Positions 51,266-61,702 of a stretch of 64,000 nt of DNA are shown in pieces. The position numbers and the translations under genes were made by a program. Source of the DNA: a bacterium (GTDB lineage Bacteria > Fidelibacterota > Fidelibacteria > Fidelibacterales > Fidelibacteraceae). Under the pieces are notes generated by a model. That model was not told where the DNA came from and did not search any database. It saw only the letters and a list, made by a program, of their open reading frames with translations. The stretch lies in the NCBI GenBank assembly GCA_963676395.1, contig OY781066.1:2080001-2144000 (forward strand). The letters are read 5' to 3'. The number at the start of each line of letters is the position of its first letter. Positions within the stretch are counted from its first letter, which is position 1.

Positions 51266-54200
51266 ATGAAATCTATAAATAAAATCATTGTCCTCTTTCT
51301 TGTTATTTATTGTTCTTTCCTTTTTGCACTGGAACCTGGGGCAAAGGTAACATCCGGTAATGAAAAAGAGGTATTTTTTAGAAAACAACAAGCTATGCAG
51401 CAACCAACGATCACGGATGAAGAACGTCCTGTGCCACGAGAAGCTATCGTATCGGGTAACCAGATAAGAACTATTGTATTTGATTACGGTTCAATTGGTC
51501 ACCCCTCAAGAGAACCTTCAATGGAATGGCCTATTTATTCCGCTCACGGTTATGCATACGAATTTGGCCCTCTTGTAGGTGTTGAAGTACCCGTTGATAC
51601 AAACGGTTATTATATTTCCGCTTATTCAGGTGATGAAGGTCAAAAAGAACTCGATACGAGCGTACCGGGTTATGATACAACTTACTATATTGTAACAGAC
51701 GGTTTACTCTCCGGTGGTGGTGTACTGATGAATGAAGTCAGTCCTACTAACTATCGTTGGGGATGGGAACCATTAGATGGTTATGGAAACGATGAAAGTG
51801 AAAGCATTCCTTTATCACATAAACCTGAAACATGGAATCCCGACTGGGGTAACAACTGGCCGGGTACATACAAAGCCGGTGTTTCATCTGCAGATCAGGC
51901 GATCTATTATGAAATGGACGATCGTTACAATTTAGAATTCTACCCTGCATTTAAACCCTTTCATCCAGACGATGTAACGGCTATTGATTCTGTTAAATTG
52001 ACTTATGGTGGTACTGGTTTACATGTTGTGGTTAGAGCTTATCAGTGGTCTAACCCTGAAGCAAATGATGTGATTTTCTTTGTTTATGAAATCACTAATG
52101 AAAGTCATAATGATTACGAAAAGGTCGTATTTGGTATGTTTGGCGATCCGCATATTGGTGGATCAAACGATTATTCCGATGATATGGCTTATTTTGATAA
52201 TACCTTAAATATGGTTTACGGTTACGACGGTGATAATCGTGGTGACTGGAATGGTATTACAGGTTGGTTAGGTTATACTTTTCTCGAAAGCCCCGGTAAC
52301 CCCTATGATGGTATTGATAATGATAACGATGGCATGGTTGATGAATCTATGCAGGATGGTATTGATAATGATGGCGATTGGGATGCCGAAGTACACGATG
52401 TTGGCGAAGATGGTTTAGGACCATTAGATCCCGGTTACCCCGGTCCCGATTTTGGTGAAGGTGACGGTGTTCCAACTCCTGGAGATCCTGATGATCCTAC
52501 CAAACCGGGTGAACCGAATTTTGATGCAACTGATCTTGATGAGGCCGATCAGATTGGTTTGACTAGTTTCGATGCTTTTGAATATGGTGCATCAGGCGTT
52601 CGCTACGATAATGCTATGTGGGCAAAGATGACCCCCGAAGTTCCTTTGACTGACGATAATACGGAAATCACTCAGCGTGCGGATAATATTTTCCTTTATG
52701 GAACAGGTTACTTTCCTTTGAAAGCAGGAGATTCTCAGAGATTTTCGATTGCCTTGTTGATGGGAGTTGATAAACGTGATCTTTATGAAACGGCAAATAC
52801 GGTACAGACTATTTATGATAACGGATACCAGTTTGCTGTGGCTCCGTACAAGCCAAAACTTACGATTGTTCCAGGGGATGGACGTGTTTCATTATATTGG
52901 GATGATGCTGCTGAGAATTCATATGATCCACTGTTTGGATATGATTTTGAAGGTTATGCAATCTATCGTTCGACCGATCCGGGTTTTAATGAATGTTTAA
53001 CCATTACAAATGCATTCGGTGTTCCGACATTGCATAAACCCATTGCCAAATTTGATCTTGATAATGGTATTACCGGTCCTGCTACAGTAGGTAATGGTGG
53101 TGTTCATTATGATTTAGGTACGGACAATGGTTTGGTTCATGAATATGTTGATACCGGACTTGTAAATGGTGTTACATACTATTATGCCGTTTGTTCTTAC
53201 GATATAGGTGATACCAGTGGAATTCACAATTTAACGCCGACAGAATGTACAAAGATTATTGACCAGGATCCTTATACAAAAGAGATTACATTGGATGATA
53301 ATACAGGTATGGCGACACCTCAAAAAGCCTCACCCGGTGTACAAGCTCCCGAACTGTTTAATGGTGAGCTCGATCGTACAAAATGTAAATCGGGGACGGG
53401 TGATATTGATATTGAATTTGTTGATATGATCAATGTTAAGAGTGATATGGAATATGAGATAACATTTGAAAACAGTGGTGTTGGTGGTGATCTTGAAATG
53501 TCAGTAACCAATTTGACAACGATTTATCATGATACTATTGAAGTTGTTACTACCCTGTGGACTCAAATGAATAAAACGCAGGTTTCACATGTTGAGGCAC
53601 GTGATAATGCTGGTAATATAATTTCACCGACACTTTATAATGTGGATAATGCAATCGGTCGTATTCAATTCGATGATAGTCTTCTGAATGAAACGGTCTA
53701 CTTAACATTTAATTATAAACCAATATTTAGAACGACGTATTTGGATAAAGAAGATGGTATGCCTGTTTTTGACGGCATGAAAATTTATGTCCAAAATGAC
53801 AACTTGGAAAGAAGTGACGAAAGAAGTGGGTGGATAAACAGCGAAACTAATTTATTGTCAAGCGTTACGTTGGAATCGGATATGATCTATGCACACGACT
53901 ATAAATTGGTATGGAACAGTGCGTACGAAAGTAGTCCCACTGTATTTAATCAATATGCACCTTTCAAGGTATATGACATGTATGATACCAGTGTAGCTCC
54001 TATTTATTTTTCTCCCCATGTAAATGGTCATTATACTATTAATTCGGATATTTTTATTTTGAGTGAAGCAACGGCATCACCGGACTACAATTTATGGCGA
54101 ATTTGGTTCAAGAATCCTGTTGTGGGTGAAACGATTATGCCTCAGGATGGTGATGAGTATAGAATTACTCTGAATAGACCATTTATTGCAAGCGATACAA

Positions 54201-54592
54201 TCAGTTTCAGTACCTTACCCGCTGAGTATGATCCTTCAGAAATTGATAATCCATTGGATGCGATCGTAGTGGTGCCGAATCCTTATACGGCCCAAGCTAT
54301 TTGGGAACCGTCTAATGGTTATGTCTCGGGGCGTGGTGAAAGACGGGTTTATTTTACTAATTTACCCCCTGTCTGCACTATTAAGATCTTTACTATCAGT
54401 GGTGAACATGTGAGAACACTTGAACACAATGACGGTGGAGACGTTAATCGGGTCATGTTCGATGGATCGGAATCCTATGATCTATTGAATAAGGATAATT
54501 CCGATATTGCTTTTGGTGTATATTTATGGCAGGTAGACGCCAAAGCATCGGGATTGGGTATTAAAACAGGAAAATTTGCGGTGATAAAATGA
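51266..54592 (+). CDS. Large secreted protein with acidic Ca-binding-like repeats, an Fn3-like domain and a PNPY-type sorting domain
   Basis: Signal peptide; DGIDND.DG repeats; P..PKL...PGDGRV.LYW, DFEGY; C-terminal VVPNPY...FTNLP..CTIKIFTISGE...GKFAVIK; RBS GAGGA. Confidence 0.82.
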   Translation: MKSINKIIVLFLVIYCSFLFALEPGAKVTSGNEKEVFFRKQQAMQQPTITDEERPVPREAIVSGNQIRTIVFDYGSIGHPSREPSMEWPIYSAHGYAYEFGPLVGVEVPVDTNGYYISAYSGDEGQKELDTSVPGYDTTYYIVTDGLLSGGGVLMNEVSPTNYRWGWEPLDGYGNDESESIPLSHKPETWNPDWGNNWPGTYKAGVSSADQAIYYEMDDRYNLEFYPAFKPFHPDDVTAIDSVKLTYGGTGLHVVVRAYQWSNPEANDVIFFVYEITNESHNDYEKVVFGMFGDPHIGGSNDYSDDMAYFDNTLNMVYGYDGDNRGDWNGITGWLGYTFLESPGNPYDGIDNDNDGMVDESMQDGIDNDGDWDAEVHDVGEDGLGPLDPGYPGPDFGEGDGVPTPGDPDDPTKPGEPNFDATDLDEADQIGLTSFDAFEYGASGVRYDNAMWAKMTPEVPLTDDNTEITQRADNIFLYGTGYFPLKAGDSQRFSIALLMGVDKRDLYETANTVQTIYDNGYQFAVAPYKPKLTIVPGDGRVSLYWDDAAENSYDPLFGYDFEGYAIYRSTDPGFNECLTITNAFGVPTLHKPIAKFDLDNGITGPATVGNGGVHYDLGTDNGLVHEYVDTGLVNGVTYYYAVCSYDIGDTSGIHNLTPTECTKIIDQDPYTKEITLDDNTGMATPQKASPGVQAPELFNGELDRTKCKSGTGDIDIEFVDMINVKSDMEYEITFENSGVGGDLEMSVTNLTTIYHDTIEVVTTLWTQMNKTQVSHVEARDNAGNIISPTLYNVDNAIGRIQFDDSLLNETVYLTFNYKPIFRTTYLDKEDGMPVFDGMKIYVQNDNLERSDERSGWINSETNLLSSVTLESDMIYAHDYKLVWNSAYESSPTVFNQYAPFKVYDMYDTSVAPIYFSPHVNGHYTINSDIFILSEATASPDYNLWRIWFKNPVVGETIMPQDGDEYRITLNRPFIASDTISFSTLPAEYDPSEIDNPLDAIVVVPNPYTAQAIWEPSNGYVSGRGERRVYFTNLPPVCTIKIFTISGEHVRTLEHNDGGDVNRVMFDGSESYDLLNKDNSDIAFGVYLWQVDAKASGLGIKTGKFAVIK

Positions 54593-55599
54593 GAAAATAT
54601 ATTAAATACTTTTTATGCTTTATCGTTGCAATCTCTCAATTGTTTGCAACAACCAAATCAGGTACCTCTGCTGCTCAATTCCTGAAGATCGGCACTCAGG
54701 CCGGAACTTTGGGCATGGGGGAAGCCGTTGTCGCCAATCCCGTAGGTCTTTCCGCAATACAGTGGAATCCCGCCGGTTTGGCACGCTATGGTACACAGAC
54801 TGCCTCTTTCTCACAGTCAAACTGGTTGGTAGATACCGATTTTATGAATGCGGCCGCTGCCATTAATTTAGGCAGAATGGGTGCTGTCGGTTTCCAGTTA
54901 ACCATGTTGGATTACGGTGAAATGCGGGTTCGTACCGAATATGAACCCGATGGAACAGGGGAGTACTTTTCTGCTCAGGATTTTAACATGTCTTTAGCCT
55001 ATGCTAATAATCTAACTGATAGATTCTCTATTGGTGGTCAGGTTAAATATATTCAGCAGACTATTTGGCACATGAGTGCCTCAACCATCGCTTTTGATGT
55101 AGGCGCCTTGTTTACAACACCTTTCAAAGATATCCGTTTGGGTATGTCTATTACTAACTTTGGTGGTTATATGAGATTGACTGGTCGTGATATTAGTTTT
55201 TACGAAGATCCTGCTGAAGATATGTATGGTAACAATGGACATATTCCCGCTGAGTATACTATGGACAGTTGGGCCCTGCCTTTAACCTTTAGAGTTGGCC
55301 TCTCAGGCGATATTATTGATAAAGGCTATCTGCGTTGGACTTGGGCAATTGATGCGCTCCATCCCAGCGATAACACCGAATACATTAATGTGGGTACAGA
55401 ACTTGCACTTTGGAAGTTATTGTATCTTCGTACCGGCTATCGTACCATATTCATGGATGAAAGTCAGGGTGGTTTTACTGCCGGTATAGGCATGAACTAT
55501 AAATTCTCAGGGAATACAGGCGTTAATTTTGATTATGCTTTTGTATCTTACGGAGACCTTGGTTATGTAAATATGTTTACGATCGGTTTAGACTTCTAA
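54589..55599 (+). CDS. PorV/PorQ-family outer-membrane beta-barrel
   Basis: GTSAAQFLKIG, WNPAGL, FDVG, LP.TFRVG, DYAF, C-terminal F; ATGA overlap with the upstream gene. Confidence 0.88.
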   Translation: MRKYIKYFLCFIVAISQLFATTKSGTSAAQFLKIGTQAGTLGMGEAVVANPVGLSAIQWNPAGLARYGTQTASFSQSNWLVDTDFMNAAAAINLGRMGAVGFQLTMLDYGEMRVRTEYEPDGTGEYFSAQDFNMSLAYANNLTDRFSIGGQVKYIQQTIWHMSASTIAFDVGALFTTPFKDIRLGMSITNFGGYMRLTGRDISFYEDPAEDMYGNNGHIPAEYTMDSWALPLTFRVGLSGDIIDKGYLRWTWAIDALHPSDNTEYINVGTELALWKLLYLRTGYRTIFMDESQGGFTAGIGMNYKFSGNTGVNFDYAFVSYGDLGYVNMFTIGLDF

Positions 55600-55623
55600 A
55601 CCATCTTAAAATAGTATGATATG

Positions 55624-55655
55624 AGCACCGTGTAGAAATATGCGGTGCTTTTTTT
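55624..55655 (+). terminator. Intrinsic terminator at the end of cassette 2
   Basis: agcaccgtgt...atgcggtgct followed by a T tract. Confidence 0.75.
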
Positions 55656-55721
55656 ATAGAAACTGGAAGGGAGTAAGGAGATTTTATGATCTGTGCCCCT
55701 AAGCCTTAGTAAAGGTCAAGT

Positions 55722-55850
55722 GAGGACTGCTCTAGCAGTCCAGTATTGTAGCTAAAATACACCCAAAATAGAGGGACTGTCTAAGCAGTCTAATATAATA
55801 GCTAGAATGCACTCGAAATTTAAAGGACAGCATCGCAGTCCAATATAATT
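55722..55850. repeat. Degenerate tandem repeat, 50-bp period, about 2.6 copies, each with a GGACTGC-N3/4-GCAGTCC hairpin
   Basis: GCAGTC at 55735, 55785 and 55835; the sequences between hairpins also resemble each other. Confidence 0.8.
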
Positions 55851-55874
55851 CAATTCTCAAATTTTTAATTGAAT

Positions 55875-55902
55875 AAAAAGAAGGCCCGTCTAAACGAGCC
55901 TT
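55875..55902 (-). terminator. Intrinsic terminator of the TPR lipoprotein gene
   Basis: Minus strand aaggctcgt-ttag-acgggcctt followed by cttttt. Confidence 0.65.
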
Positions 55903-55944
55903 GTTGTTTTGTGTCTATTTGGTGGCTGATATACCTATCCGTTA

Positions 55945-56814
55945 CTATTGCGTCGCGTATTGTTCAATGATTCCGATCTGTCTGATCGCAATGCTTACAT
56001 GTTCGGAGTTAGGGTAGTAGGTGAGTAGATTCTGGAATTCAACAATCGCTGAGCGCATTTTGCCCATCTTGAAATAACAGAAACCCAGTTTTAACTGTGT
56101 ATCATCATATTTATCAAAAGCATTGGTATCGAAAACAAGGTTGAATGCGTTGAACGCTTTTTTGTACTGACGAAGAGCATAGTAACTTTCTCCTATCCAG
56201 TACTGAATATTGCCCGCTAAATAATGTTTGGGTTGTTCCATAATAAGTGATTCGAAGATCTCAATGGCATCACCGTAGCGTTGATAATAGAATTTATTCA
56301 AAGCTTCTTTGTATCTATCCATAAAAGGATCGGTACGGACAATTTTTTTCACCTTTAGTTCGGGAACGATCACTTCAGGTTTTACGATCTTAACTTCTTC
56401 AATACGTTCTTCCGGGATGTCTTCCATCGTTGGTACGGTTTCTTGGGCAATAACTTCGGTAGCACCGAAAAAGATGGGCATGGTATTTAATTCTTGCAGG
56501 TAACCATTCATGCTGTAGAGTACACTTAAAAGTGTGTCGTACTTCATTTCCATGATGTCGTTTTCAGCTTCGATCCTGTCAAGCTGAGCGTGGAGTTTTG
56601 TCGTCCTCTGAATATAATATTCGTCCATGGAGGCGAAGGCCAAGGTCATGGTGTCTTTCATATTCTCAATTTTTTGATCAAGGACCAGAATATCTCTGTC
56701 ATTACTCTTGATGATCACAGAATTATCGCCGGTGACTTCTTTGGCTCCTGAACACGCAGAGAAGACCATAGCAACAATAAGAAAGACCATTAACGGAAAA
56801 AATACTTTTTTCAT
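55945..56814 (-). CDS. TPR lipoprotein, CpoB/YbgF-like
   Basis: Lipobox FSAC, coiled coil, C-terminal TPRs (Y..A.....Y..A...F, N.QYWIGE.YY, YP.SE). Confidence 0.75.
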   Translation of the reverse strand: MKKVFFPLMVFLIVAMVFSACSGAKEVTGDNSVIIKSNDRDILVLDQKIENMKDTMTLAFASMDEYYIQRTTKLHAQLDRIEAENDIMEMKYDTLLSVLYSMNGYLQELNTMPIFFGATEVIAQETVPTMEDIPEERIEEVKIVKPEVIVPELKVKKIVRTDPFMDRYKEALNKFYYQRYGDAIEIFESLIMEQPKHYLAGNIQYWIGESYYALRQYKKAFNAFNLVFDTNAFDKYDDTQLKLGFCYFKMGKMRSAIVEFQNLLTYYPNSEHVSIAIRQIGIIEQYATQ

Positions 56815-56937
56815 GATAGACCTCGTTAAGTTTATGCTCAAAAATATCAATAAATTCCTGAGTTCCCAAAAAATATTTTATATTTTATGTGATTTTTTAG
56901 CATGTTTTTACTTATTTTATGTACAAAAGAGGTGATT

Positions 56938-57162
56938 ATGAAAGAAAAAGAAGTAAAACTGGTTGAATTTCAGAATGATATGTTGGCTGAAATGGTTAAA
57001 AACGTACTGGAAGAAAAGGGAATTTCCTTTCGAGCAAAATCAGATATCATGCAGTCTGCGCTCATTGTTGAAGGAAATGCGGCTGCCGGTGCCTTCACGA
57101 TCATTTATGTAAAGGAAAAGGACCACAAAGCGGCCGAAGAGGCAATAGCGGGAATGGTTTAG
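56938..57162 (+). CDS. DUF2007-like small protein
   Basis: AEM.K..LEE.GI ... IYV...D...A pattern; RBS GAGGTG. Confidence 0.65.
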   Translation: MKEKEVKLVEFQNDMLAEMVKNVLEEKGISFRAKSDIMQSALIVEGNAAAGAFTIIYVKEKDHKAAEEAIAGMV

Positions 57163-57172
57163 GAAAGGATCT

Positions 57173-58432
57173 ATGCAAAAACTAAGAACCATCAAAGGTA
57201 CACACGACATTCTCCCATGGGATATCTATAAATGGCAAACCATAGAAAACACGCTACGCGAGGTTTTTTCCGCTTATACGTGTAAAGAGGTCAGAACCCC
57301 GATTTTTGAACGGACACAACTTTTTGCCCGCGGAGTGGGTGAGTTCTCGGATATCGTATCTAAAGAAATGTACACATTTCAGGATAAAGGAAAAGATTCC
57401 TTGACCTTACGTCCCGAGTTGACCGCTTCCGTAGCGCGTTCTTATATTCAGCATAATTATCAACAGGAAGCTCCTCTGCATAAACTGTGGTACTTTGGTC
57501 CTTTATTTAGGCAAGAAAGACCTCAAGCGGGTCGCCAACGTCAGTTTCACCAATATGGTATCGAAATGATCGGCTCAGCGAATCCGGAAGCGGATGCAGA
57601 GGTGATTGAGATAGCTGCCGGTATTTATGCTAAATTAGGTCTTAAGAACTGGGAATTGCATATCAATTCCATTGGTAGTATCGAAGCTCGTAAAATTTAT
57701 ATGGATGTTTTAAAAGAAGCGCTTGCCGATCGTAAAGAGGAGCTTTGCGAAACCTGTCAAGGTCGATATGATGGAAATATCCTCCGTCTTTTCGATTGTA
57801 AGAATCCGGGTTGCAAAGAGATCATGCATGATCATGCACCTTCGATTTTAGATCACTTGTCCGAAGAAGACAGTGAACATTTTGAGCAAGTAAAAACACT
57901 GTTAAGCGCAGCAGGAATTGATTATGTATTAGATCATACCCTGGTTCGTGGATTGGATTACTATACACGTACTACATTCGAAATTAAAGGCACTGCCTTG
58001 GGTGCACAAGATGCACTGTGCGGTGGTGGTCGTTATGATAATTTAATTTCCGATTTGGATGGTCCTAAAACTCCGGCTGTGGGTTTTGCGGCCGGTGTAG
58101 AGCGTTTGGTTCTTGCCATGGAAGCGGAAGGTCTGTTTGACGAAGATCAAAGCTTTGTAGATCTTTATATTGCTCCAATGGATATAAATTGCTTTACGGG
58201 AATATCTCCATTTGTCCATGAATTGCGCGAAAAAGGTTATCGCGTACATGTGGAACTAATGCGTCGCTCGGTGAAAGCCATGATGCGTGATGCCAATCGT
58301 CAAAAAGCTACCTGGGTCGCCGTTATCGGAGAGCAAGAGCTTGAAAGTGGATTGATTAAAATGAAGAATATGTCAGCAAACGAACAAGTCGAAACCAGAA
58401 TTGCCGACATTGAAAAAGTCATAAACGGGTAG
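57173..58432 (+). CDS. hisS: Histidine-tRNA ligase
   Basis: KEMY.F.D, LRPELTA, FRQERPQ.GR.RQF.Q, LVRGLDYY, GGGRYD. Confidence 0.97.
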   Translation: MQKLRTIKGTHDILPWDIYKWQTIENTLREVFSAYTCKEVRTPIFERTQLFARGVGEFSDIVSKEMYTFQDKGKDSLTLRPELTASVARSYIQHNYQQEAPLHKLWYFGPLFRQERPQAGRQRQFHQYGIEMIGSANPEADAEVIEIAAGIYAKLGLKNWELHINSIGSIEARKIYMDVLKEALADRKEELCETCQGRYDGNILRLFDCKNPGCKEIMHDHAPSILDHLSEEDSEHFEQVKTLLSAAGIDYVLDHTLVRGLDYYTRTTFEIKGTALGAQDALCGGGRYDNLISDLDGPKTPAVGFAAGVERLVLAMEAEGLFDEDQSFVDLYIAPMDINCFTGISPFVHELREKGYRVHVELMRRSVKAMMRDANRQKATWVAVIGEQELESGLIKMKNMSANEQVETRIADIEKVING

Positions 58433-58435
58433 ATC

Positions 58436-59209
58436 ATGAAAAGTAATGAATATATTATGGACCATTTTAAAGGTTCACAGGCCAAGATCGGTATTGTATT
58501 GGGTTCCGGTTTAAACAATCTTTTGGATGCTGTGGATATTGAAAAGACATTGTCTTATGGTGATATCCCGGATTTTCCTCAGTCAACCGTTGAGGGACAC
58601 GAAGGAGCATTCGTGCTCGGGAAAACCAATGGTGTTTCCATTCTTGCGGCAAAAGGTCGCTTTCACTATTACGAAGGTTATGATCTGGATGAAGTCCTTG
58701 CAATTATGCGCACATTCAAGGCAATGGGTATTGAACATGTGATCATTACCAATGCCGCCGGTTTGATGAATAAAGCTTATAAACCCGGTGATATTTTACT
58801 TATCAAGAATTGCATTGATAACACGAAGTTGACAAGCGGTTTGAAAGAAGGATCAGATATCATCTCTGAAGATGAAACCGCTATCGCAAAAAAGGCCTGC
58901 GAAGTTTCGGGAGTTGCACTTGGAGAGGGGACCTATGTGTGGACAACCGGTCCATCATATGAAACACCTTCCGAGATCGATTATTTTATCTCTATCGGAG
59001 GTGATCTTGTCGGAATGTCAACGATGCCTGAAATTATGTGGGCGAGAGAGCAGGGAATGAAGGTTTATCCTTTTTCTTGTGCAACGAATTGGGCTGCCGG
59101 GATCTCGGCGCAACCACTTACGCATGAAGAGGTTAGTGAGACGGCAAATCATGTCCGTGAAGACTTGACTAATTATATTTTAACCCTTTGCAAATTAATC
59201 GGAGACTAA
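58436..59209 (+). CDS. punA: Purine nucleoside phosphorylase (trimeric PNP-I family)
   Basis: IVLGSGL, STVEGH.G, GRFHYYEG, TNAAG, GPSYETP.E, VGMST.PE, HEEV. Confidence 0.9.
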   Translation: MKSNEYIMDHFKGSQAKIGIVLGSGLNNLLDAVDIEKTLSYGDIPDFPQSTVEGHEGAFVLGKTNGVSILAAKGRFHYYEGYDLDEVLAIMRTFKAMGIEHVIITNAAGLMNKAYKPGDILLIKNCIDNTKLTSGLKEGSDIISEDETAIAKKACEVSGVALGEGTYVWTTGPSYETPSEIDYFISIGGDLVGMSTMPEIMWAREQGMKVYPFSCATNWAAGISAQPLTHEEVSETANHVREDLTNYILTLCKLIGD

Positions 59210-59215
59210 GAATAG

Positions 59216-61102
59216 ATGACACAACATCCCCCCGGATGTAATAGAATAGCTGGACGTACTTATTTTACTTTGTATGCCCCGTATGCAAAAAAATTACGCC
59301 TTTTAATTTATAAAAAATGCAATGATGATAAAGCCTTATTAACCTTACCAATGCGTGCGGTAAACGGTGGATTCTGGGAGTACTCGGACATTCGTGATTT
59401 TGAAGGTTTTTATTATGCCTTTCAAATGAATGAGAAGCCACAGCTTATAACGGATCCCTATGCGCGTTCGGTTTCGACGTTTAATGATCATCATCAAGAT
59501 GGGAAAGCTTATATATATAACTCCAACTTTGATTGGGGAAAAGATACCTTTATATCACCCCGTGATCCTCGTGATCTGATTATTTACGAGGCACATGTAA
59601 AGGATATGACGGCCTTAAAAGCTTCCGGAGTAAGAAAAGGTGGAACATATAAGGCCCTGATGGGCAAAATCCCTTATTTGAAAAATCTGGGGATTAATGC
59701 ACTTGAATTATTACCGATACAACTTTTTGCAAACTATGAACCTCCTTACGCAACGGGATCGGATCATAGTCGTAATACATGGAATCCCTATGCCTACAAT
59801 CACTGGGGTTACATGACGTCATATTTCTTTGCACCTGCAGGTATTTATTCAAGCAAGGGAACAAGAGAATTCGGAAAGTGGTCGGATCCCAAAGGAAAAG
59901 AGATCGATGAGTTTAAAGCTTTGGTGAAAGCTTTGCATAAAGAAGGAATTTCTGTAATCATGGATGTGGTGTATAACCACATTTCACAATTTAATAATAA
60001 TCCTTTACGTATGCTTGCTGAGGATCATTATATTGATGCTCACGCCAATAATAGCGGTTGTGGAAATGATATTAAAAGTGAATCTCCTGTGGCAAGAAGG
60101 TTGATTATCGACTCTATTCGCTATTGGATGGAAGAATTTCATGTGGATGGATTCAGATTTGATCTGGCCGGATTATTGGATGATGAAACATTGATGCAAA
60201 TTCGTCAGACCGCTATGTCGCTAAACCCGAATGCCATACTTCTTGGAGAGCCTTGGGGCAAACGTTATTTTCCACAGCGTATGAGTGATTTGAATTATGG
60301 CGTATGGAATGATGTTTACAGAAATGGTATTAAGGGCGAAAATCCTACAGATCGCTTAGGTTATATTTTTGGCCAATGGGATTATCATTTACATAAAGAT
60401 AATTTTATCAAGTTGCTTACCGGCTCACTCAGAATGGATGGTGGTATTGTTGAAGATTCACGGAATTCGGTGAATTATATTGCTTCACATGATGGTTATA
60501 CCTTAGGTGATTTCATTCGAATGGCGCTTGGACGTAAAACCACTGATATTGTTTTAACCGAAAAAGAGTTGAAAATACATAAATTGGCTGCCTTTGTTTT
60601 AGCAATGTCTCAAGGTATTATGATGATGCATGCAGGTCAGGAATTTGCCCGCACCAAGATCGTGGTTAAAGAGGGTAATGTTGTTGATGCTCTTCATGGA
60701 AGATGGGATCATGACTCTTACAATAAAGATAATGAAACCAACTATATCAATTTTGAAGAAGCTGAAATTAATGCAGATCTTAGGAAGTTCTACAAAAAGC
60801 TTATTTCACTTAGAAAAGCATTTCCTGAATTACGCTCTGCAGATAGAAAGAAAATATCGACGCTTTATGCTAAAGGCAGTGAATTTGGACTCGGATATCT
60901 GTCGCGCTCATCTAAAAGAATCTGTGCGGTTTTGGTCAATTCTTCTCCCAATTTAAATGCGGAATTTGATTTGGATCCCGGTGTTTGGGATATTTGTGTC
61001 ACACCCGAAAAAATCACGAGAAAAGGCTTTGAAAAGCGCAAAGGTGGATCGGTCGATATTCCTCCGCAAGGATTTATGTTGTTGGTGAAAAAAGTAAATT
61101 AG
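59216..61102 (+). CDS. GH13 pullulanase/glycogen-debranching-type enzyme
   Basis: DPYA, IYE.HV.D, WGY, MDVVYNH, DGFRFDLA, GEPW, SHD catalytic motifs. Confidence 0.88.
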   Translation: MTQHPPGCNRIAGRTYFTLYAPYAKKLRLLIYKKCNDDKALLTLPMRAVNGGFWEYSDIRDFEGFYYAFQMNEKPQLITDPYARSVSTFNDHHQDGKAYIYNSNFDWGKDTFISPRDPRDLIIYEAHVKDMTALKASGVRKGGTYKALMGKIPYLKNLGINALELLPIQLFANYEPPYATGSDHSRNTWNPYAYNHWGYMTSYFFAPAGIYSSKGTREFGKWSDPKGKEIDEFKALVKALHKEGISVIMDVVYNHISQFNNNPLRMLAEDHYIDAHANNSGCGNDIKSESPVARRLIIDSIRYWMEEFHVDGFRFDLAGLLDDETLMQIRQTAMSLNPNAILLGEPWGKRYFPQRMSDLNYGVWNDVYRNGIKGENPTDRLGYIFGQWDYHLHKDNFIKLLTGSLRMDGGIVEDSRNSVNYIASHDGYTLGDFIRMALGRKTTDIVLTEKELKIHKLAAFVLAMSQGIMMMHAGQEFARTKIVVKEGNVVDALHGRWDHDSYNKDNETNYINFEEAEINADLRKFYKKLISLRKAFPELRSADRKKISTLYAKGSEFGLGYLSRSSKRICAVLVNSSPNLNAEFDLDPGVWDICVTPEKITRKGFEKRKGGSVDIPPQGFMLLVKKVN

Positions 61103-61255
61103 TGATCGCTTAGCGCTAGCCTGGAATCATGAATTAGGAATAAGATCTTAAGATTGATTTCAATAGACAGGAACAAGCAATTATGAAGTATTCACCCAAA
61201 GGAATTCCTCCGGGATAAGCTCCAAGCTATTTAAACCTTAACCCTTTTTACTTGT

Positions 61256-61702
61256 ATGAAATATCTAATTATATCCTCCTGCCTTCTTGGTGCCAACTGT
61301 CGTTACGATGGGGGGACGAATGCGCTCGCAGAGGACATTCTGGCGCAATTGAACAAAGCATTTGTTTTAATCCCCGTTTGTCCCGAGCAAATGGGTGGTT
61401 TATCTACACCCAGACTTCCGGCGGAGATCAGAGGCAAAAAGGTCATCCGCAAGGATGAAGTGGATGTTACAAAAGAATTTCAGCTCGGTTCTCGTGAAGC
61501 TTTAGCATTCGCGAAGCGCTATAAAGCAAGGTATGCCTTATTGAAGGCATATTCACCTTCGTGTGGAAATGAAACTGTGTATGATGGCAGTTTCTCAGGA
61601 ACTTTAATTGAGGGAAAGGGAACTACGGCAAAAGAATTTGATAAATTTGGAATAAAAGTGTATAATGAAACGCAAATAAATGATTTATTAGGAGAAGTAT
61701 AA
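61256..61702 (+). CDS. DUF523 / 2-thiouracil desulfidase (TudS) family Fe-S protein
   Basis: SSCLLG.NCRYDG, CPE..GGL.TPR, SPSCG motifs. Confidence 0.88.
   Translation: MKYLIISSCLLGANCRYDGGTNALAEDILAQLNKAFVLIPVCPEQMGGLSTPRLPAEIRGKKVIRKDEVDVTKEFQLGSREALAFAKRYKARYALLKAYSPSCGNETVYDGSFSGTLIEGKGTTAKEFDKFGIKVYNETQINDLLGEV

Noticed and set aside
55722..55850. CRISPR array
   Set aside because: Only three short, degenerate hairpins, the linkers resemble each other, and there are no cas genes. Reported as a tandem repeat instead.
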